From the sequence record DRR378314_843: a DNA stretch of 61,234 bases; one strand, 5' to 3'. Position 1 is the first letter of the stretch, and every line of letters begins with the position of its first letter. The translations under genes and the position numbers were made by a program. The notes below the pieces were generated by a model. That model was not told the DNA's origin and ran no database searches. It saw only the letters and a program-made list of their open reading frames with translations. This document shows, piece by piece, positions 41,004 through 49,669 of the stretch.

Positions 41004-41627
41004 TCAGGGCTGAATCACTTCGAATCGGCCTGTTTTCGCGTTTCGCCAGTGAAGTTCGCCATGCTTGATGGCGAACCAGGCGCCGTGCAGTTCCAGCTCT
41101 CCGGCCTCGACAGCACGCTTCACGAACGGGAATGACATCAAATTCTCGATTGAGGATTCAATGCCTTCCAGTTCCAGCGCGAATTGCGGGTTCACCGAAC
41201 CGCTGTCGACCACGCGGTCCCGGGCATCTTTCAACAGTCGGACCCAAGGCGTCACAAACTCACCAATTTCCGGAGTCCCCTCCCCGGCCAGCGAGGCTGC
41301 CACACCGCCACATCCGCCATGCCCCATGACCACCACATGCTCCACCTTCAGAACATTGACCGCATATTCCAGCGCAGCACTGACACCGTGCAAGCCGCCA
41401 TCCGGTTGATAGGGCGGCACGAGATTGGCAACGTTGCGCACAACGAACAATTGCCCCGGAGCGGCGTTGAAAATGTCAGAGGGGTCTGCGCGGCTATCGG
41501 CGCAGGCGATCATCATGAAACTTGGGCTTTGCCCTTCGCCAAGCTCCCGATAGAGCGCGGCCTGCTCGGAATATGTTCCACGACGAAAGCGACGATATCC
41601 TTCGAGTAGTTCTTCAACCGATTTCAT
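41004..41627 (-). CDS. Beta-class carbonic anhydrase
   Basis: CADSR, FVVRNVAN and GHGGCGG zinc-ligand motifs. Confidence 0.95.
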   Translation of the reverse strand: MKSVEELLEGYRRFRRGTYSEQAALYRELGEGQSPSFMMIACADSRADPSDIFNAAPGQLFVVRNVANLVPPYQPDGGLHGVSAALEYAVNVLKVEHVVVMGHGGCGGVAASLAGEGTPEIGEFVTPWVRLLKDARDRVVDSGSVNPQFALELEGIESSIENLMSFPFVKRAVEAGELELHGAWFAIKHGELHWRNAKTGRFEVIQP

Positions 41628-41773
41628 GAATCAACTCCTGTACAATCGATGCATTGACTAGTGCATATTGTCTGGGCGGCAAGAGAAAACGGGAGTTTGT
41701 TTACCACTTCGCCCTTATGTTAGCGGTCTGAAGGCTGTAGAAATCACAGCGTCCCACAAATCTGGAGTTGTTC

Positions 41774-42373
41774 ATGCCCACGCCTACGGAGACCAGAAAG
41801 TCTTCCCGGAAGGGGCCGACGCGCAGCGAAGCGTCCAAGGCCGCCATTCTGGACGCAACCCGCACAGAAATGGCCGAGAATGGCTGGCGGGGGTTCAGCG
41901 TCGACGCCGTGGCCAAACGGGCGAGTGCCTCCAAACAGACCATCTACAAATGGTGGCCCTCCATTGGGGCCATGTGTGTCGATGCCTGCCTTGCGTTGAT
42001 CCCGGACAGCCCGGACGGAGGACGCGACCCGCAGGAGCGGATCACGGCACTGATCGTGCCCTTGGAAGCCGCCGCCCGCACTGGCGCGGGCCATGCCGTC
42101 TTGCGCGTCGCGCTCTCTGCTGCTGCGGACGACAAGGATGCGGGTGAGCTGTGGCGCGCCTGGATGAACCGCGACATCCGTATGCCAATGCGCATGCTGT
42201 TGGCGGAATTGGCCGGAAAACGCGTGATTCGTCGCGAATTCGACCTTGATGAGGCGATTGAAGAGATGCTCGGGCCGCTCTGGCATCGCATCATGGTGAT
42301 GAAAGCGCCCGTCCGCGAAGGCTTTTGCAGCGCGCAAGCAGCTGGCTTCCTGAAAGTCTACGCCGCAAGCTGA
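41774..42373 (+). CDS. TetR/AcrR family regulator
   Basis: AILDAT...SVDAVAKRASASKQTIYKWW HTH. Confidence 0.9.
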   Translation: MPTPTETRKSSRKGPTRSEASKAAILDATRTEMAENGWRGFSVDAVAKRASASKQTIYKWWPSIGAMCVDACLALIPDSPDGGRDPQERITALIVPLEAAARTGAGHAVLRVALSAAADDKDAGELWRAWMNRDIRMPMRMLLAELAGKRVIRREFDLDEAIEEMLGPLWHRIMVMKAPVREGFCSAQAAGFLKVYAAS

Positions 42374-42429
42374 ATTCCCTGATGGCGCGAGAATTGCAGT
42401 GACGTTTCCAAACAGATTGGAAACATCAC

Positions 42430-43485
42430 ATGTCCAATACGCCCTCGAAATGGGTCGATTATTCGACCGGCCTCTGCATTGCCCTGTTTGTGGTAACGCA
42501 ATCCGTCCTGGCCATCGCTCCCCTCTCCGGCGGTGCAAGCTGGGCTCATCTCGTAGGGGCGTGGTCGATTCCGTTTGCCCTGCCAGTGCTATTCGCGATC
42601 GCTGGCATGCACCTGCCGCGCACGCTGTTCGGTTCGAAATCGACCTTTTTCGACCGGAAAGTGCTCAGATTCGCCTACTTCTATCTGGTCTGGATGGTTT
42701 TGCAGACCGTGGCGCTCCATATCATCGGCGCAGGCCCGCAAGGCTCTGGCCTTCTGGAAAGCCTCGCCCTTGGATTGGTGCAGCCCGTCGCCGGACTGTG
42801 GATACTGCCACTTCTGGCCATGTTCGGTCTCGTCACATGGCTGGTCAGACTGCTGAAGCCATCGAGAATCCTGTTGATCGCGGCATTGCTGCAAATCGCA
42901 CATGCTGCCGGACTGGTTCAGACCGGCGCGCTCCTGATCGACGGCTTCTCGCAATATTTCGTATTCTTCTTTGCTGGCTATCAGGGCGCGGGCCTGATGC
43001 GACAGTTCGCAATGCGCCTGCACAAGCGCACATCGGACGTCAGCTCGGCCATCACAATCTGGGCTGCCATCAACACCACGCTCGTCATTCAGGGCACGGC
43101 CACCCTGCCCGTGATCAGCCTGATCCTCGGACTGGCCGGCACAGTTTCCCTCATAGCGTTGGGCGTATTGCTGGCGCAGTCAGAACGCCTTCAGGTGCTG
43201 CATCATATGGGGCGCAACCATCTTGTGATCTATACGGGCTATTTCGTGCCACTCGCGCTCGCGCAGGGCTTCCTGAGCGCCAGCAGCTTTGCGCCAGAGC
43301 CCGGTCTGACCAGTCTTGCCGTTGCCATTGGCGGTATAACTGGCCCGCTTGCCCTGTATGGCCTGCTGCGCAGCACACCGCTCAAGGTACTTTACCGGCG
43401 GCCGAAGCGCTTCCGCCTCAAGGGCGCAGATGCGCCGCGCGGACAGTTGATCGGCCAGTCCTACGACACGGCCGAAGAAGTCTGA
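42430..43485 (+). CDS. Acyltransferase-3 (YcfT-like) membrane protein, divergent
   Basis: WVD..G.CI.L.V N-terminus, about ten TM segments and C-terminal LYRRP. Confidence 0.65.
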   Translation: MSNTPSKWVDYSTGLCIALFVVTQSVLAIAPLSGGASWAHLVGAWSIPFALPVLFAIAGMHLPRTLFGSKSTFFDRKVLRFAYFYLVWMVLQTVALHIIGAGPQGSGLLESLALGLVQPVAGLWILPLLAMFGLVTWLVRLLKPSRILLIAALLQIAHAAGLVQTGALLIDGFSQYFVFFFAGYQGAGLMRQFAMRLHKRTSDVSSAITIWAAINTTLVIQGTATLPVISLILGLAGTVSLIALGVLLAQSERLQVLHHMGRNHLVIYTGYFVPLALAQGFLSASSFAPEPGLTSLAVAIGGITGPLALYGLLRSTPLKVLYRRPKRFRLKGADAPRGQLIGQSYDTAEEV

Positions 43486-43546
43486 TCTGATTGGGAAGTA
43501 CTCGTAGCGCACAGGGTCATACCAAATCGGTAGGCCCTGCCAGGTC

Positions 43547-44095
43547 TTACTTGGCGCGATGCCAGACCATCAGGGGGTCAAACGCCCCGTTCTCTGCCGC
43601 GCGCTGAAGCTGGTTGATCTGGTCGATCACCGGATTTGGTATCTCAGCCGCCATCGACTGCCCATATAGCGCATCGTCCAGACGGCAGATCTGTTCGAAC
43701 AGCGCCTCTGAACGGGTGACCAGGTCCAGGAAGCGCTCCGGCATGCCCAGCCCCTGCTGGGCGGCCGCGTCCAGCGCAGGTTCTTCGCGGGAAATCCGGT
43801 ATTTGCGGGCCGCGGCCTCTTCGCGGCGCATTTCACCGTCGCGAACCGCTTTCTGCATGACCAGCCAGCTCGCCGCCTGCATCAGGCGCGTCGTCAGCTC
43901 CATGCTCCAGGCTGAATAGGTCAGGCCGGGCTCGCGTGGCAGCGTTTTGGCTGCTTCACGTCCAGGGCCATCCAGATAGGTCGCGGTTTCCTCGACAAGC
44001 GCCATGCCCCGCGCGAAAACCGTATCGAACAGCTTTCCGCCGGTGAACGCATCCTTGGAACCCGATTGGTCGTCTCGAGACGTATCTACCGCCAT
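43547..44095 (-). CDS. rcdA: Regulator of CtrA degradation RcdA (DUF1465)
   Basis: GMALVEETATYLDGPGR, LTTRLMQAASWL and NPV..QI..L motifs. Confidence 0.88.
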   Translation of the reverse strand: MAVDTSRDDQSGSKDAFTGGKLFDTVFARGMALVEETATYLDGPGREAAKTLPREPGLTYSAWSMELTTRLMQAASWLVMQKAVRDGEMRREEAAARKYRISREEPALDAAAQQGLGMPERFLDLVTRSEALFEQICRLDDALYGQSMAAEIPNPVIDQINQLQRAAENGAFDPLMVWHRAK

Positions 44096-44157
44096 GAATC
44101 CTACCCCTATTCGCTGGCCGGAAATTTGGACTTTATCAATCCAGTCTTTCCGCCCAC

Positions 44158-44343
44158 TTAATCGCCGCCCCCGAACAGGGCATCCGCTGCAGATTTCTGA
44201 GCCTTCTTCTTCTCGATCTCTGCTTCACAGGCCGCAATGCCTGCTTTCAGCGTCTCGATGCGGTCATGCAATTCCTGCACCGACATCTGCTCCAGCGTCT
44301 GGGGCGTGTTGACGAGGATCGGCTCTTCATCAAATGCGGCCAT
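44158..44343 (-). CDS. DUF1192 family protein
   Basis: LEQMSVQELHDRIETLKA.I...KSAADALF; normally lies next to rcdA. Confidence 0.85.
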   Translation of the reverse strand: MAAFDEEPILVNTPQTLEQMSVQELHDRIETLKAGIAACEAEIEKKKAQKSAADALFGGGD

Positions 44344-44434
44344 GGGGCGCGTCCTCCAATTCGTGCTACAGGCCATATCAAAGCAGAAACGCTGACCCGA
44401 TGCGACTCTCGATTCAGGAAGGAAACACACGACA

Positions 44435-45412
44435 ATGGCGACAGACATGATGAAGGCGGTGATTGCCGAAGACGGACAGCCCCTGACCCTTGGAGACTTT
44501 GAAAAGCCCGCGCTGAATCCTGGCGAGGTGCTGGTGAAAGTGGCGGCCTCCGGGCTGAACCGCGCCGATCTCGTCCAGCGCCGCGGCGCCTATCCACCCC
44601 CCAAGGGCGCCTCTCCGATCATGGGCCTCGAAATCTCCGGCACGATTGTCGAGATCGGCGAAGGCGTCAGCCGCTTCAAGACCGGCGACCGCGTCGCTGC
44701 CCTGCTTGCCGGCGGCGGCTATGCCGAATATGCCGCCGTGGACGAAGGCTCGCTTTTCCCAGTGCCAGACGGCATGGACATGGTTAACGCCGCCTGTTTC
44801 CCGGAAGCGCTGATGACGGTCTGGGCCAACGTGTTCGACCGCGTGCATCTCAAATCCGGCGAAGCATTCCTCTGTCATGGCGGCACCAGCGGCATCGGTG
44901 TCATGGCGCTGCAAATGGCCAGGCTGGCGGACGCCTCCCAGATCTACGCCACCGCAGGATCAGAGGAGAAATGCACGCTGGCGAAAGAACTCGGCGCAGA
45001 CCGCGCGATCAACTACAAGACCGAGGATTTCGAGACGGTCATCAAGGAAGATGGCGGCGTCGACGTCACGCTCGACATGGTCGGCGGTGACTATATCCAG
45101 AAGAATATCTCGGTCTCGAAACCCGACGGGCGCATCATCAACATCGCTTATATGAACGGCTTCACGGCAGAACTGAATTTCGCCCCGGTCCTGATGAAGC
45201 GCCTCACCCTCGCCGCCACCACGCTCCGCGCCCGGCCGGTAGACGAGAAGCGCCGCATCCGCGACGCGGTGGAGAAGGATTTCTGGCCACACGTCGTATC
45301 GGGCAAGATCCGGCCCGTTCTGGAACAGGCCTTTCCCGTCGCAGACGCCGAAGACGCGCAAGCCCTGATGGCCAAAGGCGGCCACTCCGGCAAGATTGTG
45401 CTGGTCTGGTGA
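44435..45412 (+). CDS. NAD(P)H-quinone oxidoreductase (PIG3-like MDR)
   Basis: GLNRAD..QRRG.YPPP, HGGTSGIG and HSGKIVL motifs. Confidence 0.93.
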   Translation: MATDMMKAVIAEDGQPLTLGDFEKPALNPGEVLVKVAASGLNRADLVQRRGAYPPPKGASPIMGLEISGTIVEIGEGVSRFKTGDRVAALLAGGGYAEYAAVDEGSLFPVPDGMDMVNAACFPEALMTVWANVFDRVHLKSGEAFLCHGGTSGIGVMALQMARLADASQIYATAGSEEKCTLAKELGADRAINYKTEDFETVIKEDGGVDVTLDMVGGDYIQKNISVSKPDGRIINIAYMNGFTAELNFAPVLMKRLTLAATTLRARPVDEKRRIRDAVEKDFWPHVVSGKIRPVLEQAFPVADAEDAQALMAKGGHSGKIVLVW

Positions 45413-45546
45413 GCCATGCGGCTTTCAATTTGTCGGACAAGACATTATAAGGTTCCCAAGGTTTAAGGCACGTCCGAACCCGACCGCCCGGCACGATGTG
45501 TCGGGCGGCTGCATTTCTGGCGGCCATTTCATTCAGGGAGATCCCC

Positions 45547-46221
45547 ATGTCCGATATTCTGATGCCAAAGGCGACGGCCGTCTGGCTGCTCGACAATACC
45601 AGCCTCACCTTCAACCAGATCGCGGCGTTCTGCGGCCTCCACTATCTGGAAGTCAAAGGCATCGCCGATGGTGATGTTGCCGAAAACATGCGCGGCGTGG
45701 ACCCGATTGCCGGCGGCATGCTGTCCCGCGAGGAAATCCGCCGCGGCGAGGAAGATGACGGCTACACGCTGAAAAAAGCGGCCTCCAAGATCGCCCATAT
45801 CCCTCAGCCAAAGCGCAAGGGCAGCCGCTACACGCCGGTTATCCGCCGTCAGGACAAGCCGGACGCCGTGGCCTGGTTCATTCGTAACCACCCGGAAGTC
45901 TCCGATGCGCAAATCTCCAAACTGATCGGCACCACCAAGTCGACCATCAACAATGTGCGCGACAAGAGCCACTGGAATTCGGCCAATATCCGTCCGGTTG
46001 ACCCGGTGACGCTGGGCCTGTGCACGCAAATCGAGCTGGACGAAGTGATCGCGAAGTCCGCTGACAAGCGTCGCAAGCTGGAAGCGGAAAAAGCCGAGAA
46101 ATTCGAAGGCCCCGGCCTCGCCCCGGCCCAGGATGACGCCGCGGCCTATGAATCAGACGACAGCGACAGCACGTCCAATGACGATGTGTCCGCCGACGAC
46201 ATCTTCAAGAATTTCAGCTAG
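45547..46221 (+). CDS. trcR: DUF1013 family cell-cycle regulator TrcR
   Basis: LMPKATAVWL, IADGDVA, RYTP, LIGTTK and DPVTLGLCTQ motifs. Confidence 0.88.
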   Translation: MSDILMPKATAVWLLDNTSLTFNQIAAFCGLHYLEVKGIADGDVAENMRGVDPIAGGMLSREEIRRGEEDDGYTLKKAASKIAHIPQPKRKGSRYTPVIRRQDKPDAVAWFIRNHPEVSDAQISKLIGTTKSTINNVRDKSHWNSANIRPVDPVTLGLCTQIELDEVIAKSADKRRKLEAEKAEKFEGPGLAPAQDDAAAYESDDSDSTSNDDVSADDIFKNFS

Positions 46222-46246
46222 GCTCCGCCTGGCAGACCCAAACCAT

Positions 46247-46275
46247 AAAGGCCGGCCACTGAGCTGGCCTTTTTT
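46247..46275 (+). terminator. Intrinsic terminator after trcR
   Basis: AAAGGCCGGC-CACTGA-GCTGGCCTTT followed by TTT. Confidence 0.8.
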
Positions 46276-46362
46276 GTTGGGGGCAACTTGTCCCTGTCCA
46301 TGTCTGCCTCGCCGGAAAGGCGACGTGTGTGGATTAGGGCTTGCCCTCTCCTCCCGCAGGCC

Positions 46363-46376
46363 CCTGCGCAGGCAGG
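46363..46376 (+). repeat. Left target-site duplication CCTGCGCAGGCAGG
   Basis: Identical direct copy at 61156-61169. The exact length (10-18 bp) is ambiguous because of the G/C runs; it is 14 bp if the TIR starts with GGGG. Confidence 0.85.
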
Positions 46377-46393
46377 GGGGTATAGTGATGTCT
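46377..46393 (+). repeat. Left terminal inverted repeat GGGGTATAGTGATGTCT
   Basis: Perfect reverse complement of 61139-61155. Extends imperfectly to 28 bp (24/28 match). Confidence 0.92.
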
Positions 46394-46432
46394 TGAAGAA
46401 AATACATTCACGTAGTCTGTTGAAGTTCAGTT

Positions 46433-47011
46433 TTGGGAGTTGAAGGAGAGTTGGCTGATATGGCGGAAATAACAGGTGTATTCCCGTACAACTGTGATGC
46501 GGACACCCTACGGGCTATTAACTTCATTTCATCTCGAGAAGCGGATGCAAATTCCCGCATTATTTGGCTGTATGAAGGGCCTGACTGTCGCATTTGCAGT
46601 TCACTCCCCAATCAACTTACACTCAGCGCCAAGCCTGTTGGTATCTCACAGTTTTGCTGTATGACGCCCAACACGCGTGCTGACGTTCAGCGCGAAATTG
46701 ACCGCTTGTCCACGACCTACGATCGGATTTTCCTATTGTTCGCGAACGCCCTTAACGAAGAAGATGTTGCGTCTGCCCCCATCATGGACGGCGCCTTGGT
46801 CATCGCGAATACCGAGCCAGGTGTGGTCTGGAGCGCTATTGGATTGATTGGAAAACTCCACGCATGGCAGGCGGCTTTGACGCAAGAACTTGTATTACTC
46901 ACATCAGACGATGTGTCCGTTGCGATGCAGACATATCAGTCGATGCAGAACCTTGAAATGAAGGCACTCCCACAGCCATTCCCAAGCCTCTATGGCATGC
47001 TTGCGATCTAA
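46433..47011 (+). CDS. Hypothetical casposon cargo protein
   Basis: 192-aa ORF just inside the left TIR (ATG at 46460 is an alternative start). No motif recognised. Confidence 0.5.
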   Translation: MGVEGELADMAEITGVFPYNCDADTLRAINFISSREADANSRIIWLYEGPDCRICSSLPNQLTLSAKPVGISQFCCMTPNTRADVQREIDRLSTTYDRIFLLFANALNEEDVASAPIMDGALVIANTEPGVVWSAIGLIGKLHAWQAALTQELVLLTSDDVSVAMQTYQSMQNLEMKALPQPFPSLYGMLAI

Positions 47012-47045
47012 ATCCGCCAGACACTCGATACTGTTCCGAAACCTC

Positions 47046-49562
47046 TTATTCCGTTCGTCTTAAAGCGTTTTCAATTGAGGTCACCTTATCTCGGTGCCCC
47101 TTTTTGGAGTAGTAACTGAGCGCGTTCTTCAAGAGGTTCTGTCCCTCAATGCGTAGATCTTTGTCTTCACTTGCAAGGTGCGCATTCAGCACAGCGATCC
47201 CGGCATTGTGTTGGGTCACCGCTATTTCCGATGGCAGGTCGGGCTTCTCAATCGAATTGAAATTCGCCAGCCCACTGAGTATGTTTCTGTACAAATCTAT
47301 TGCCCTTTCGAGATAGGAGAAATCCTGCGTTACATCCTCAAGCATTTGTAAAGCATAAGCGAGATTCCGGCTCCAAATAGCGCGGTCGTACGCATCTTCG
47401 TCAGCAACAAGAATATCAAGTGACTGTTCATACTCGAGGACAGCTTGATTAAGCATCTCCTCAGACCGCTTCAGAACGCCAACACTTCTGAGTGCGTTCC
47501 CCAAGTTGTTACGGGTCATGGCAATCGGTTTGAGAGAGGCTTTGTTCCACAAACTGATGGATTCTCGAAATGCCAAAATGGCCTGCTCCAAACTCTCGAT
47601 ATCTTTGCGCGTTTCACCAATGCGCAGACTTGTATTACCTATGTTATACAATACTCTGGCCGACTCTTCTGATTGCTGCATTGTTCTGTACAATCCCAGC
47701 GCCTGCTTTAGCAGAGCCAGTTCCGTGATCCAGTCGGCCGTTTGCTGTTTAAATTTTGCCCAAGATTCCAACGCGACCGCTAGGCACAAAGAATATCGTT
47801 TCCACACTCCAGGAGTGGATTTTTGATCCACTGGCTCAAGCGCAGCTCGATATGTTTCGCACGCCTGCATGAAATCTGCATCCTGCTGTGTTTGCAATGC
47901 ACGCGCCTGGAATGCAGTCCCTAAGTTAAACATGGTAAACGCCCAGTCTCTAGGCCCGCTACTCCTGCCTCGTTCAGCTAGCACCTCCCTGTACCCCGAA
48001 ATAGCTAAGTCAATTTTAGATAGATCATTTTCATACTCACCTAAGCGCGCAAGTGCGTTGGATAAGTTCATCTGTGCCGTTTGACGATCAAATCTAATTT
48101 CATCGGAGCACGGTGCTTTTAAGGTCTCTTCGTAAGCGCGACACGCCGCATTCAGGAAGTCGCAGTTCCGGGTCATCTCTCCAACTGCGGTAAATGCATT
48201 TCCCATATTGGTCATTATGTCGAACCAAATCTTCTTAGAACTGCTCATATCCGAAGTGGACAAAGCCGCCTGGAAGCAATCAATGGCTTCAATGATATAC
48301 TGCAAGTCATGGGTGCTTCGCCCTTTGAACAGCAGAGCTATGCCGAGTGCATTTTGTGTCGATGCCCACTCATCCGTTTGTTCATCGTCCATAAGGCTCA
48401 GGGCCTCACGATGTGCGTCAATCGCTTGATCCAATTTTTGTGGGTCGCCCAACGCAGTGCTCAAACTCGAGAGTACTAATCCGAGATTGTTCAGCGTTCC
48501 AATACGAGTCTTAATTGGAAGACCATTTGACTGTTGATAGAGTAGGTGTCGATAGCCCTCAACTGCGGCAAGATGAAACCTCACCGCTCCTAGTTTGGCG
48601 CCTAATTCAAGTAGTGCGTTTGCGGCTACTCCAATCAATTCAGGGTTCGCCTTATTTGAGATAGGTGCCTCTCTTAGGGAGATTCTCAGCAATTCGTTCT
48701 GAGCATTCAAAGCGCCTCGTTGTGCAATTTGGTGCAAAGTAGCTATTGCAGCTTCAACTTCGTCCGAATTCCCCTCTCGTAGAGTCGTTCGGATCCTCCT
48801 TAGATCACGCCCAGAAGTTCTGCGGCGGAAGACTGAAACAAGTCGAAAAAGGCTTGTGATCAACAATAAATCCAAAAAAGCACGGAATACGAAGTTCAAC
48901 GTCTTCCCCGCACCTCCACTCGCTTCAAGCCCACTGATGTTCCGGATTCCATACACTTCAGATGCATCCACCATTGGCACAGCTTTCAGGATCTCGCCCC
49001 AAATGTAGGTGGCGGTTGTCGCCACAGGAAAAACAGCTTGCCCCTGATAAATTTCGCTTTGTTCCGAGAGCCGTGAAAATCCGAGAGTGAAAAACACGAT
49101 CAAGAAGATAAGACCGACGATGATTTCATTTCCCAGATCATTCGCGGCTGGCACATCCTGACCATTGTCTTCTGCAATTTGTCGTTCCTGCTCATCGTGT
49201 TCCCAAGTGCGATAGATCGCCAACACACCTAGAATGCCAAAGAACACAGCCCCTATGGCAGCAAACACGGGTGCAAAAATAGCTATCGCCGTAAGAGCTA
49301 GGAAAATGCCGACAAAACTGGACCAGCGATAGATTGTCTTTTTGAAGCCAACTCCGGTCATTGGCGCAATAAACTGGACCAGTATGCGATCGATGCCCCG
49401 GAAGAAGGGGATCAGTGCATGGTTCAAAAGGGGCTGTCCCACAAGCCGGAACACAAAGAACACTACCAGCCCAACGAGAACGGCTATTCCACCAGCCACC
49501 ACGCCATTGGTGAGCGGGTCGATCGCGTGATCGATTGCAGCCTGCAGCCAGTCTGGTGACAT
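47046..49562 (-). CDS. Membrane protein with a large C-terminal TPR array
   Basis: N-terminal hydrophobic helices, then repeats TLNNLG, WASTQNALG, IMTNMGNAF, AQMNLSNAL, WAFTMFNLG, VLYNIGN, AMTRNNLGNAL and TQHNAG. Confidence 0.85.
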   Translation of the reverse strand: MSPDWLQAAIDHAIDPLTNGVVAGGIAVLVGLVVFFVFRLVGQPLLNHALIPFFRGIDRILVQFIAPMTGVGFKKTIYRWSSFVGIFLALTAIAIFAPVFAAIGAVFFGILGVLAIYRTWEHDEQERQIAEDNGQDVPAANDLGNEIIVGLIFLIVFFTLGFSRLSEQSEIYQGQAVFPVATTATYIWGEILKAVPMVDASEVYGIRNISGLEASGGAGKTLNFVFRAFLDLLLITSLFRLVSVFRRRTSGRDLRRIRTTLREGNSDEVEAAIATLHQIAQRGALNAQNELLRISLREAPISNKANPELIGVAANALLELGAKLGAVRFHLAAVEGYRHLLYQQSNGLPIKTRIGTLNNLGLVLSSLSTALGDPQKLDQAIDAHREALSLMDDEQTDEWASTQNALGIALLFKGRSTHDLQYIIEAIDCFQAALSTSDMSSSKKIWFDIMTNMGNAFTAVGEMTRNCDFLNAACRAYEETLKAPCSDEIRFDRQTAQMNLSNALARLGEYENDLSKIDLAISGYREVLAERGRSSGPRDWAFTMFNLGTAFQARALQTQQDADFMQACETYRAALEPVDQKSTPGVWKRYSLCLAVALESWAKFKQQTADWITELALLKQALGLYRTMQQSEESARVLYNIGNTSLRIGETRKDIESLEQAILAFRESISLWNKASLKPIAMTRNNLGNALRSVGVLKRSEEMLNQAVLEYEQSLDILVADEDAYDRAIWSRNLAYALQMLEDVTQDFSYLERAIDLYRNILSGLANFNSIEKPDLPSEIAVTQHNAGIAVLNAHLASEDKDLRIEGQNLLKNALSYYSKKGHRDKVTSIENALRRTE

Positions 49563-49669
49563 TTAGTGCTCCAAGAGATGTCCCCTTCGACCAGCATCTA
49601 CAGACAATCCAGAATTGCAACCCGATAGCTAAATTTACATCGCTGTTTGAGAGGCACGATCGCTGAGAC

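Noticed and set aside
46222-46376. tRNA gene at the insertion site
   Set aside because: No cloverleaf or T-loop (GTTCGA) motif is visible at either junction.
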